NCBI GenBank assembly: GCA_904063045.1
Contig: CAJFCJ010000012.1
Span: 1,302,001-1,366,000, forward strand
Direction: 5' to 3'
DNA: 64,000 bases
Source: Dimorphilus gyrociliatus
Lineage: Eukaryota; Animalia; Annelida
Made by a program: the position numbers and the translations under genes. Shown here piece after piece: positions 1 through 13,776 of the stretch. The notes under the pieces were generated by a model. The model did no database searches. It was not told the origin of the DNA and was given only the letters and a program-made list of their open reading frames with translations. Each line of letters starts with the position of its first letter. Position 1 is the stretch's first letter.

Positions 1-796
1 TAATCTTATAATGAATTCCTATTTAAAAACAAGACTTTTCCATTCCTTTTAACTTCCCTTTTCACTTTATTCTTTTCCTCCTCTTTCATTACCCGCCCCT
101 TTTAGCCTCCCTCTCGCCTAATATTTACACAGTCTTTCCTACTTTTAATCAGAATTAACCTCTAATAAATTATAAGATAAAAAATACCATTTCTTACCTG
201 GGAAATATTATTGTAAATAGTTAATGAATTAACAGGAATTGCTTTAAAATATAAAATTGATCAAAATATTTTTTATTATTAGATCAAATGAAACAGAAAG
301 GAACAAAAAAAATTTTTATTCTTTTTCTTTTTATAAGTACTACCTTTTGATGAATCATTTAAGTAAATATATGTTCAAATCAAATAAACTTCCAATTAAA
401 ATTCTATATGGATTCTAATCAATATATATATATATATATATTAGTATATATAAATATATATACAATATATAGTCATTTTTTTTACCTTTATTTATATAAA
501 TGACAAATAGGATTTATAAATCAATAGAAAATTCCCTATTTTCGGTTGTGCCTTTGTTTTACAGTTTTTGTTTTATAGGTAATTTGATTATTTATTTTTA
601 TGTTATTGTCGTTTGACTTGATTAGCCTTTATTAAAATATTTATCTTCTAGTTAGTAAGGTAATGTAAAAGTCTAAATAGGATGATATAGATACATTTTA
701 ATACAAATTAATTAGTCTAAGTATCTTATATCACTTTGTATTAATCATTGATTTTTTTTCTTCCCCTTTTTATCTTCCTTTCCTCTCTTATTCACC

Positions 797-817
797 ATCT
801 ATCTATCTATCTATCTA
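797..817. repeat. (ATCT)n microsatellite
   Basis: About 5 perfect units. Confidence 0.8.
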
Positions 818-3281
818 CTTCATTTTCTCACTTTCTCCTCATCTTCTCGACACTATCTTTTCTTTTTTCCTATTACAGCTTCAACCTTCCCGTCTACATA
901 TTATCGCTTTTCAGAATGTAGATATGTCAAGAAATTACTTTGAATTAATTAATCATATCTCTATTAAGAATAAAGTAGAATAATCATCAAATATCTCATC
1001 CACTTGTATGGTTGATATAATAAAATATACTTTAAAGCTATCAAACTATCATCTTATCAAATATGACGATTTAGTAAAACATAAAAAATGAAATAGTGTC
1101 AATTAGCAAATATCAAACAATGTTGAATGTAAATACATAAAGATAGAATAAAAAAAAAGAGACGTTACAAACATAAATAAAGCAATAAAATAGTATGATC
1201 ATAAATAAATAAAAATACTAATTAGAAATGTTATAAGCATAACGAAAGATTTCAGTCTAGTTTACATTTAGTCGTGATTATCTTAGAAATAGAAAATATT
1301 TCCATATTATAAGAATAATCAATTAGATTTATGGTTTTTTTCTTTTATCAATAAATGTTAAATTTATATTTTTATATAAACAAAAAACTTGTAGAATAAT
1401 AATTTTTTTCATGAAAAAAAAACAAACTGTCACTATTATCCTATTCAGAATCAATAAATGTTATATTGACGCTTCAATTTGTTGAATTTTACATATAGAT
1501 CTATAAACAGTATATACAGTATAAATAGACGGTTAATATTTGCTATTACTATTCTTACTATTATTATTGTTATTGTTATTATTATTGTTATTACAATTGG
1601 TAATTGAAAAATTAGTAATATGCTTATTTTTTACTGTTAGATTGAAAATGTAACTTTTATCTGCAAAAAAATTCCTTAAATTATGATAAAATTTCAAAAG
1701 ATAAGTGCTATTTTAAAAGTAGTTTAATGTCAAATTAAAAAATTATATCTTTAACCTTTAAGAGTTCAGAAATAGAATCCAATGCTAATAAGATAAATAT
1801 ATTTAATATACAGTATATTCTATATCATATATTGAATATATGATCTATATTACATCTCTTCCGCTTTTTTGCATGTAAAAACATAAAGTTTTTGCAGTCG
1901 ATTAAAAAAATTGCTAATCATTTACAGATTAGTTAAAGTGTAAATATTGTATATAGCAAAAAATGGAGATGAGGAAAGGTAAAATTTTAGTTACAAATGA
2001 ATTTTTTATATGACGATTATAATATATTGTTAATAATAATTGATAATAAGCAATGACAAGATAAGATTATTATTTAGTAATATGTAATATATTTCATTTA
2101 AAAAGTTAATTACAACTAATAAATATTTACTATATTACATAAATATCCATTACTCTGTAGACACATTTCTATTATAGCTCCATATCTTTATCTTTTTATC
2201 AACTTCCACAGGCTTCCTTTTCTCTCTCCCCTCTCCCCTCTCCCTCTCTCTTTCATTTCCTTCTATTTTTATCTTTTCTTCGAAAGTTTATAATACTGAA
2301 TCAGAAAAATTGACAACTAAAAAAAATACAATATTGTTCCTTATTTCGTTCATCTTTACGCAGGTTTTTTTGGTTTGTTATTAATCTGATTGACATTCTA
2401 AACTAGTAATAAGTTATTTTCCTTATTGGATTGCTTATGGGCCATGAACTTTCCGAATAAATCTCTTAAGAGTACGATATAAGCTTTAATATATATATAT
2501 CTTTATTCGACAGTTAAAATATCATCAAAACCATGAATATGGCACAGTTTTTTTTCCTATTTTCTATAGCATTAATACATCTAAAAATATAAATTTATAA
2601 CTAAATTGACGTCAATCTTCTCAACTCTAATTATATTATCCTTATATTGTTAAAATTGATTTACTTATCGTTCATCATTCTTCTTGCATTTACTTGTCTT
2701 TTATTTCCTTTTATCATATATTTTTATTTAATATAGAAATATTTAATAATAAATGGAATGATTATTTTTTTTGGGCTATTTAAATATATTTCTCTTTAAC
2801 TTCCTCTTTACAATTGCTATGCAATAATTTCTATTCTTTTTCCTATCAAATCTCTCCCGCCTCTTCCTCCCTCTCCCGCTTTTAAATATATTACCTCGCA
2901 TTTTTCAAATCTTCTTCTCTGAAAAAGTTGACCTACTCTGGCACTAGATTATAGGTCCTATTGATAAGATAACTTTTTAGAGTATCTTCTTATGGTGTTA
3001 TGCACGCTCCTACATAATAAAGAAAAGACGCACTTTAAATATAACATTGTAATACTGAATAATTAATGATTTATCCTTCTCTGAGTGCGTTCTACTTAAA
3101 ATCTTATCTGCCAACTATCTGATTTGATAATCACTTATCTAAATAATTACTGTACATTCTATTAAAATAATAATCTTTATCAAAAATCCACTACTCTCTA
3201 GTCAGATATAAAGCATAATAAAAACAAGAAACATTCTTAAAGCCATTTCTTTATATTGTATAACTCAGCAGGAGAGTAATT

Positions 3282-5420
3282 ATGATTTTCCGATTGAGTA
3301 TTCTCGTTTTTTGTGTGGTTTTATTTAACCTTTCTCAAGGTGCAAAACTAGAGAAAAAACCGGAAGTAGCTTCAGAAAGTAGGTTTATTATAACGAAAAA
3401 ATATATACTGTGTATTAGCAACACAAGAAAGAACGTAAAATTCTCATAATTTTTTCGTCTCTTCTTTCATTTTAATAGATAAAGTTATTCTTAGCGATAT
3501 TTAAAATTGCTTTTTACTTAACAGAATGCTTAGTAAGCGATTGGAAAGAATGGAACGAGTGTAAATCAAAAAGTGGAAGTTCACTAAACAAACGTCTTAC
3601 AACCATTCATTTAAAACGTAAGAGAATATTAATAAGAATCAGTCTTTCTTTTTGTTTTTTTATTGTTCTATTTAAAATCTATTTTTAGCCGCTCAGTACG
3701 ATTCTGCAAGAGAATGGATGAAGCTTTCCATGGTAATTTATAATAGTTATCCTCTTTTTTCTATCTATCTGACATTTGCTTTTGTTTTTCATAATGGCAC
3801 TTTTCATCCGATAACTAATAGGCGGAGAAGGAAGAATATATAAAATATCTAGAAAAATGTAGAGCTGACGCAAGTTGTCCTATGTTGAATTTGAAGCCGT
3901 CAAAGGGAAGAGTAGACTGTGTAAATGGAATGGCAGGCGAATATCCTTGTAAACTTATTGATCAACTTTCGTTCGTCAATTTGCGTGATTTAGGCAGCAC
4001 TGACCCGCGGTAAGCTATTACTTATTACCTAAAGCGTAAAATCCTTTCTAATTATGTTTTTCCACTCGATTTATCTCTTAGAATGGAGGGTAATGATATC
4101 TGGGGTAAATATCGCACTTTTCACTTTTGTGAATAGAAAATTTTACATAACTCTAATCACATAGGTTGGACTGATCCTCAAACCAACGATGAATACGCAA
4201 TCGTCGGTGTCACTGATGGAACATCTTTCGTTCGAGTAACAAATCCTGAAGAACCAAAAGTCTTGGGTTTCCTTCCAACAAGAACAACTAGAAGTGATTG
4301 GAGAGATATGAAAGTGGTTAACAATCATGCTTACATTGTATCCGAGGCACCCGATCACGGTTTACAAGTTTACGATCTCACGCAACTTAGAGGAAAAGAA
4401 ACTTTTACCGTGCTTGAACCAACTGCAATCTACAGTGAATTTGGCAATGCTCATAATATTGTTGCCAATGAAGAATCAAATACTGTCTTTGTTGTTGGAC
4501 AAAACAAGGGTAATTACCCTAACCTCTGTGCAGCTGGCTTACACATGATTGATGTTTCTAAACCTGCTGAACCAAAATTTTTGGGTTGTTTCAGTGAAGA
4601 TGGCTACGTTCACGATGCACAGTGTCTTTTCTACCATGGTCCAGATGCTGAATATAGAGGCAAAGAAATATGCTTCTGCTATAACGAAGATACTCTAACT
4701 ATCGTTGATGTTACTTCTAAAACTGATGCTAAATTGATATCCAAAGTTTCATACACCGGATATAGATATACTCATCAAGGTTGGTTGCTAGAAGACCACT
4801 CCGCTTTATTGATGGATGATGAACAAGATGAAAGTAATGGATCGGGAGATGGGTAAGTAACACACAATTTAAATCCCTAACAAGAGCAATCATCTAATTT
4901 TAATATTACTTTTCAGACGAACCATTACTTATTTCTGGGATGTCAAAAGTTTGAAAAATCCTGTTCTTATGAACACTTATATTTCTAGCGAAAGAGCTAT
5001 TGATCACAATCAATACATCCTTGGTAATTACACGTATCAATCTAATTACGAAGCTGGTCTACGTATTCTTGAAATTAACAAGCCTGACTGGACTTTAGAA
5101 GAGGTTGCCTATTTCGACGTCATGCCAAAAGAGATTGGAGAAGTAAAATTCCAAGGAAGCTGGAGTAATTATCCTTATTTCAAAAGCCGTAAGTTTTTTT
5201 TTCACCAAAATTGTCACAATTTCTAACTTCATTCAATTACAAAACAGGAAATGTCATCGTTAACTCTATCGAATTTGGCTTATTTGTAGTTCGACCAAGG
5301 TACGATGATTTGCCAAAATCAAAAGAAACAGGTGAACAAATAAGAACCAGAAACATTTTAGACGCCTCACATGCCAAATTTTGTCCTCATCTACTCGAAA
5401 GTAGAGAGTGTAAACCCTAA
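3282..5420 (+). CDS. Secreted choice-of-anchor-B (TIGR04312-like) / LVIVD-repeat beta-propeller protein with TSP1-like termini, 8 exons
   Basis: Manual exons about 3282-3378, 3525-3617, 3689-3732, 3822-4009, 4082-4104, 4165-4852, 4917-5188, 5248-5420; all GT-AG and phase-compatible. Signal peptide MIFRLSILVFCVVLFNLSQG. Family motifs GEYPC, GNDIWGWTDP, SDWRDMKV, DHGLQVYDLT, YVHDAQC, YTHQGWL, IDHNQY, SNYEAGLRI, GSWSNYPYF. Confidence 0.88.
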
Positions 5421-6737
5421 AGTTACTGATTATATTACTCCATCAGTGAAAGAACGCTATATTTCATTTTTTTCAAAGTCATTTTATTAAGAAAACGTTC
5501 TAGAGTACGTTACTATAAATAATTCAACCTTTTTCTAAAGATGAAAGTTAAAATACAGATGAAACACAGTTAATAAAAAGAAGCATTCTTTAATTCTTTA
5601 AGAATTTCCTACATATAATATGAATGAACAACCAGAAATAAACATAAACATTGATAGTAGTTTCTTTAATAAACACTTTAAATATTACGTTCATTATAGA
5701 TTATCTTTATTTATTATTGCGCTGTTAGTTATGTTTCGAACGTTAATTTTACAATCTATATATAGAGGTAGAAGACGTAAAATTGCGGATAAAATATAAT
5801 CTCTTAGCAAAACAGACATGTATATATAAGGAATAATTCTTCATTTTGCATCAAAATAGCAACCTTCCGTTATATAGATGAGTATTAGTATCTATTATTC
5901 GCACCAAAATACAGTTTTAAATTTCAATATATACCATTGCTGTTATCTCTTAAAAAAGATCTTGACATTTCAACACTACACCTAGGTGTTAAAGTACCCA
6001 TTTCCATTGGAGAAGAATTAACAAAAGAAATAAAATAGTGCTACTAAGAGTTAATTAACCATCTTATCGCTGTAACAAATAAATTGCTAATAGGAATAGT
6101 AAAAATCGATATAGTTTAAATTCTTTCCTTTAGAAATATCATCTCTCAACATGGATGGAAAAAAGTAGCAGTTCTATGCTGTTTTTTCTTCTTATTTCCT
6201 TCTATAGAATCCTAATCTTATGAGGTTTGAAGCATGCAAAAAATTGTTCTAAATACATGACAAGAATCAAACAAGAATACGATCATTTCAAAAGTATTAT
6301 AATTTTGAAAGGAGTACTGTCATGTGTTTTATTGATCTTATCATTTCATATACTATATACTGTATTCTGTTAAATTCAATACTAAAAAGAATACTGAATC
6401 TTAAATGTCGAATTCGACATTATATAAGAATAAAAAGCTATTGAAATTATATCAAACCTCTTGGTATCTAATGCATAAAAGAGAAGAAACTAAATTTGTT
6501 TCTTAGTGTATTCGTATAATGGAAAATAATAAACATATCTCTTTAGTTTTATATGCAAAAATAAAAATGAATTACTTGAAGTGAAGCTATGAATTTATGT
6601 CTATATCTTACTTTATACGTATTTTATAATCCTAATATTATATTCAGAATTTTTTATAGCACAATAAAAATCCCTTCACTCCTTCATATCCCGTTCATTC
6701 TCTCTGTGACATATTATTGCTTTTTTTTTCATTTTAA

Positions 6738-6758
<21 letters not shown>
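6738..6758. repeat. (CT)n microsatellite
   Basis: About 10 units, followed by degenerate CT. Confidence 0.85.
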
Positions 6759-6770
<12 letters not shown>

Positions 6771-8143
6771 TTCATTCTCTCCATTGAGCTATTTTTTTCC
6801 AAGTCTAGAAATAGTAGTGTGTATACATTTATTGATATGTATACATTAATTTTCTCTTTCACTGTTTCTTTTTCAATTAGTAGACAATAAAATAAATCAA
6901 ATGATAAAACTAATAATTCATTATATTTAGTTAATATACATTTTCTATTGTTCAAATAGAAATAAAGAATTGTAAAAATACAATCATTGTTATAGAAAAG
7001 TAACAATAATTATGAGGTAATTATTATCCGAAAACACCCTTTGGCAATTCGTATTGATATTCTTATAAGAAGGGTGGGGGGTGGGGGAAAGAAGAAAGGG
7101 AAAATTGGGATAAAATGATTTGACTAGGGAGAGGTAGGGAGAAATAATTAATAAGGCACACTAATTTCCTATAAACAGTCTTTTTATTGACTATAAAATT
7201 ACTATATCGAACAAAAGCGAAAAGAGAAGCATATAGCAATTTTCCACTTGCGAATTATAGGAAATAATCAAAGTAAATAGCCCTAATAAACACAATAACA
7301 TTTAATAAAGACTTATTACATGAAACCTAAAAATAAAGCAAATCAAATGTATGATAATCAATAAATAAAGGATTATTCAATAAAGGAAATCTTCAGTCCA
7401 AGTTGAAAAAAGAGACTGTAGAGAGAAATCTGTATATTTAAAAATTTATACGAAAATCGAATATCGTACGAAGAACATTTATGTACAAAAAGTTTAGAGT
7501 AATAAATAAAACTTCCACCCAAACCTTTTTCTCTCCCCCTCTTCTTTATTATACTGTTATAATTGAAATGCCAGTAAACATATAGAACCTACTGGTGTGC
7601 ATAATGAAGAGTAGAAAGCAGGATAAAACGTTAATACGTGACCCTAATGTAATCGATATCAAGCTTATATGATACGCTATGTAAAAAGTACAGTTTCCCA
7701 GAAAAATAAAAGAACCAAAGCAAACGTGAAAACTAGGAAAACTAGAAAAGTCTTATCTATGACATGCTTACCTTATTTCTTTAAATAATCTCTCTTTAAA
7801 CATAAAAAATATAAATGTAGTAATTTTTTCCGATCATCTACTAATTACCTTAAATATTAATGACCCAATTATAAATGGATATTTAAAATATCAATTTTCA
7901 AGTTTAATTTGATACTTTTAACAACAATAGTAACAAGATTTTTAATGATACCGTTTATCTTTTTGAAAGAGAGATCTATCTCTCTCCAAGGAAGAAAATT
8001 AATAAAGTGTAAAATTAAAAGCAACTCTTTTCGTTTTTCTTAGAAATCTAGCAGTTGAACTGCCAGTATGATAAAATATAATTATAAAATAATAACATTA
8101 CACAAAGGTTAACTTTCGAGAGTTTATACGTATACATATACCA

Positions 8144-8180
<37 letters not shown>

Positions 8181-9505
8181 TAATTACTTTTAAATACACA
8201 TGATGGCGTTACGATCGAGACAAGAATACTAATGCACATCTACTTTATAAATGTCTTCGTTATCAGAATCTGGAATGAGTTAAAGGAGAAAAATTGTCGA
8301 ATTTTTTGATAAAAATGAATAATTAAAGGTGTTTTATTTTTTCAAAGTTTATTTTGTTCTTATTTATATAACTAAGAAGAAAATTGAAATAGAAATCATT
8401 CCTTTTTTCCTTAAAAGAATGATTTATAGTACAAAAAAATCTATAAAACATGTAAATAACATTTACACGTTGAAGGCAAAAAAGAAATGAAAAGAAATGA
8501 TGTTATCTTTATCTTTACGTTTGTCTTTCAAGAGTATATCGGAGAAAAAACGATATGTGGACAGAAAGCAACAGCATTTTTCTTCTCTATTAAGAGTGTT
8601 GTCTTTTTTTATGAATATCATAAAAGTTTTTATTTAAGATGATAATAGCGGAAGTATCGAATTTCTTTTAACCATGGAATTCCCCTTTGGAATAGACATT
8701 TTAGTTCTCCAAAGAATTCTTTACCTCTTCCATCCGTTCTATTTCCATACCCCTCCTGCCCTCTCATTTATACAAAAGTAATCCCAGTGGCATATTCCAG
8801 TTATACTTTTGCAGTTTGTATGAACTTTTAGTCCAATGTAATTGAGTTAGCTTTACATCTGACATTCACGATAAATGAATTTGTTTTCTGTTGGTCTTTC
8901 CGTCGCTTTTTTTTGTTCCTAATAAAAGGACAAATGAACAAACAACGATATAACAATTTGTTGTTCTCCCTTCGAGTGAACATTACAATACTCTTACTGC
9001 GTAGAGAAGCAGAATATAAAATTCATACACAAATGTATATATTATATATCTTTTACTATAATCTTTTTCATTTAAAATTTTAGATAAGAAAGGAAATGTT
9101 GAAAATATTAGAAAAGGAGAAAATAACAGCTTTAAAAGACATAGATAAACAATTATACTGTACATAAAGCTTACATATATCTTTGACATACTATATACCG
9201 TATGCACTTTTAATTAAGCAATATATAAAAAGTTTTTATCTCTAATACCTGTCTGTTTCTATGTTTGCTTTACATCATAGAAGATATTCCTTGGAAATTT
9301 TTAATAGAGAAACATAGTTAATAATTATCAGAATACACCGCTTAATCTTCAATTGAATGACAGAAAATCCTTTATAAATTATAGATTTAATTGTTTACGG
9401 GAATAGAAAGAGTAATGAAAAATAATTAAAACTCTTTTGTAAAGCTTGTTTAAATTATTAACTGGATTGAAAGAGGATTAAAGATAAAATTACCATATTT
9501 AAAAC

Positions 9506-10558
9506 CTATTTGTTGCTGTAAACAACGCTGAGCACCACTATTAATAACATACCACAAAATATGCAAAGAAAAGCAACAACCATTTTATAGCGAAATTTTC
9601 CAGATACGACGTTACTTAAAAAAATTGGTCCTGGATGTTCGTCCTGCTTCGATACATCGGATGATTTATTAGTGCCTACGCTAGATGGCATACCCATCGG
9701 TTGCAAATACAATCTATAGAAAAGGGAAAAATGGATGGAAAAATTTATTTAAGGGGTGGAAAGTAAAGTGAATTATTGTTACGTGTCAACCTTGGCGTCT
9801 CGACCCATTGTACAATGTCTGTATTTTCGTCTATAGCGATAGTTTGCCCAGGATTGAGAAATGTTTCAACCGATAGTACTTTCATTCTGGAGCAATCGGG
9901 ACTATTAAGATATCTGTTAATCTTAGAGATTAACTCTTTTGTCTTTTCAAATCTCTCAGTGCCATCATTATCAACAACAATTTCTGGTATAAAATTCTCA
10001 TAGGTTATAGTATAAGAAGACTTTTGACCAACTGATGATGTCAGATACCAAACTCGAAGAATTCTTAAAAGTTCCATTCCCGCTGCCTTGCTGACTGCTG
10101 GAAGTGTAAAGTGGCATAATGTATCCGTTGAGAATTGCGTATCTGTAGGGGCAAAACAGTAGAAATATATAGTCTCTTTTCTTTTTTTTATAATAAATAA
10201 ATAGAAAACAAAGGAGAAAAGTAAAAGGAAATGTTTGTAAACTAAATTAATCAACCAGTTTGCAGGAGAGAAATTCTTTATTTCCTTACATTGTTCTTGA
10301 ATATATTATATCTGTATTTACCTGATACAATATACATATGTATACCTTGATAGATCAATTGAAAACGGGGCAAACTTTTTGTGTAAACAATGGATTAAAT
10401 ATTTAAAAAAAATACTCAGAAAATGTCACCTAAAGTGACTTAGAACGTTAGCTGCCGAGCCTAAGGAAAAAAAACTACTCCAGTCCTAGTCATTAACTAA
10501 AAGGTAATTAGACTTAAATATGGCGCCTTCTCTCTTTCCTCATTTCTCGATCTATCAG

Positions 10559-10591
<33 letters not shown>

Positions 10592-13500
10592 TCGGCTCTA
10601 CCCCTATCTTGACTTCTCTATCTGCTGCTGCCTGCTCCTGTTCCCCTCCCTTTCTCAATGGACGCACTAAAGAAGAAATTTATTCTTTTATCAAATTGCT
10701 TAGGCTGGAAAGAAGAAATGTCAACGATATTTTTTATGCTAGAGTTAGAAAAGCATATTGTTAACTTTGATCGTCAAGAGAAAATGTCTCACACTTTGAT
10801 ATGAATATTATTTTAATGCAGGTTTCAGTAGCGATTGCTAATTTATGTTATTTTAGTTAAATTTACTCAGATACTATAATTCTGATAATTTAGACATCAA
10901 ATAGTAAATAACGTGAAAATTTTTGCCTTTGACAGATAGAGAAAGACAGAAGTTTTTTTCTATTATAGATCTCAATTATGGATCAACCTATCCCATTATG
11001 TATGGGTACTTTATGATAAAGTGAGGTCCATACTAATTTTCCGTTAAATCGCTTTGACAAGCAGATAAAAATTTGCAGGAATTTATGTACTTCTGCTTTT
11101 GATATAGACGTTGTTATGAGAAGAAAGAACGGAATCCTTGTTAAGATGGTAGATTTTTGCATCATTTCACTCCAAAAGGTTTATTATTGAATGGAAATAA
11201 TTTTTTTTATCATAATAATGTACTAACAAGAAATTTTCAGTGGTCGTCTGCAAAACACAGAAAGATATATCTCTAATCTACATTTTCTTGTATAGAAAGC
11301 TTACTTCAAAAATATAATATTTACCCCCACTTAGTTTTTATAAAAAGGAAATTGATGCAAATTAAGCCTCGGGATTATGACTAACTCGTCACAAACCCTA
11401 GATTTATCTAAAAACGACTTTTTGCTCAGATAACCTCTGAGTGGATTTGAATTGTCAATGGTAAAGAATTAGAAAAGGGGATGGTGTGGAACCTGATTGA
11501 GAGGTAGTTTGGGTTTTTGGGGAGTGGACAATATAGGAGTTTGTATTCAGAAAAATTTCATTGTTCTAATAAAAGGGGTTCAGTATACCATATGTCAAGA
11601 TATTCTACACGGATACCTTTCTTCTCTGATGGTATTTATTTTCTATATTCCGCACTGATTATGAAACATCCTAAACTCTTTTCCTGAAATATCTACTTTC
11701 TGCTTTACTAGCGTAATGCTCAAGTGGACGAGACAAACCCAAGGGACAATGGAAAATTGCTGAAATTTCCGTAGAGTATGCGTAAAAACATCGTCCAAGA
11801 TCAATTATTAATAGTTCTACATTACAAAATATAACTAATACCGTTTGTCTGTACCAACATGGAACTTTGAAGATTTATTATGTTGGATTTCTTTTCGTTT
11901 AACCAAATATTGGCCTTGTCCACCAGACGGGAAAAACTTTCGTATTGGCCATTCTCGTCCTGTTGGGGAACAATGTTTTCCAATCCAATTCGATTGCCGT
12001 GTGTGTCCTCCTTTACTTTACTATAGTATATCCTAATGATAAGAAGAAGGGGTATATCGACATCATTCGGCTGTGACCAGAATGTGCGATCTGAATCGCA
12101 AACGCCAAAATTATTTTCATAAGGAACAGTTTCTACAGCGATAATTCTGCCTGTGGGCAAAAAAATTATTGTTTACGTCCTCTTATACGTTTTACAGGCT
12201 GGGAAAACTTTTCTGGACAGTTTTATTGTCGACAGGAAAGGGCAGAGTTTGCGTAGGTCAAGTTACAGATTAAAACACGAAACCAACTTACCCTTCCACC
12301 TTTTCTCTTCCATCTCTTTATTGAGACGCCTTACAGCTCCTTTTAACGTTTCACCAGTTTTTGGTAAACAATCCTTCTTGGAAAATTGCTCAACAGTATC
12401 CAACTTTTGCGGTTTTAACCATAATCTCAAGCAACGCCACTGGTAATTCCTTCCATCCTCCGAAACGTTATGAATTTGCAGAGTAGAATTTTCGAATAGG
12501 GCATCTTCATAAGTGTTCTCCTTCAGAAGCGTCTCGCAGGAATATAGAGAATATTCCCCGCTACTTTTTAACCATTCATTAGCACGTCTGACTAAGGATC
12601 TGTGACAAATGATGCTCTGATTAGAAATATTCTCTTCTCTATCCTTCAGGAATTGTTGAGATTTGGTAAAAGGGACAAGAAAAGGAGAACGATTGGGGTT
12701 TCGTTTCTCTTCCCCCTAAAACCCTTTCCCTAGAAGGCCTATTTGAAAGAGGCCTCGGAAACGAGGGAATCTCACGGGAGTCAACCTAATTTTGAACGGT
12801 CTTCTTATTTGCCCGTCTCATTTCTCATGTCGTACATAATTATACTCTTATAATTCAACAATCGTTTTTATTATTATGCGTTTAAGAATACTATTTAATG
12901 TTTCTATGAAAAGTATAAAACTTCTTTTTAAACAATATGTAAATATGAGCCTGTATGAATTTTCCAATGAAAAATTACTACAAACAAACATACTGCATTA
13001 TATGTTAATTGAAAATACAACGATTTGCTGAAAAGTTGCAGAAGAGGCGACAGATGTTTAGTATTCCACGCGTATATTTTATATAAAAATGAAAAAAAAT
13101 TCTACATCTATGTGTTTTATGAGTATTTGTAGGCTTATATATCTACATAAATATATGTGTGCTTATGTTTTGTATATATAAAATATAGCTAAATTGTAAA
13201 TAAAGATATATATATATACAACACACATATTAGACGTAATGAAATTCCACTACTTGTTTATATTTATATATTTCAACAAATACATATTTATATAAAAACC
13301 GATATTTTATATATATAAAGTATATATATATACTGTATATTCATTGCATGTTTTATAGGTTTTATATTTTTTTATATTTATTACATTAGCTAGTTTAGAG
13401 CTGTTCAACATTTTTTTCTGTTTGTTTGTTTTTATGTTTACATTCAATAGAATACAAGCGAATAATGATAATATTAGATTTTTTTGCTTGTAACTGCGCA

Positions 13501-13776
13501 AAATTATAATGAAATATTTGATATATAAGTCAGGCTGTTTCACTATATTCGTTAGGTTTAATTAAATTAACAAAATAAATTTGAGGATAATACTTACGAG
13601 AAAGATTCAGTTGTACTTTGAGGTAGAACATCGTGATAATTAAGCTTAACCACAGATTTCACTCTTGTCGGCGCATGAATTTGAACATGTATGGAATCTG
13701 TTTTGAACGTCTTAGAAGATGATGAAGGTTGGAAATCATCATTCCTCAATAAACTTGTCGAAGCGCCGTCGTCCAT
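9506..13776 (-). CDS. Uncharacterised protein with four tandem ~80-100 aa repeats and a possible C-terminal membrane anchor
   Basis: Exons about 13776-13599, 12599-12292, 12150-11842, a possible small exon near 11750-11710, 10142-~9785, and 9713-9506. Splicing exon 1 to exon 2 rebuilds ESFSSLVRRANEWL, matching ESFSRLVDKANIWL in exon 3. The join to the last exon is uncertain. Confidence 0.72.
10559..10591. repeat. (TATC)n microsatellite, intronic
   Basis: About 8 perfect units. Confidence 0.85.

Noticed and set aside
1-3200. Long AT-rich stretch with TA, ATCT and ATT/GTT runs
   Set aside because: No ORF, splice-supported exon, terminal repeat or RNA signature visible; treated as intergenic.
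6589-7006. ORFs on both strands (LSLSLSLSV / RERERERD)
   Set aside because: Translations of the (CT)n microsatellite and low-complexity DNA.
7071-7110. G-tract cluster with G-quadruplex potential
   Set aside because: Isolated, irregular loops and no functional context.
12600-12716. Stop-free in-frame extension upstream of exon 2 of the repeat gene
   Set aside because: The 12599 acceptor restores the repeat motif exactly; I found no phase-compatible upstream exon for the longer version.
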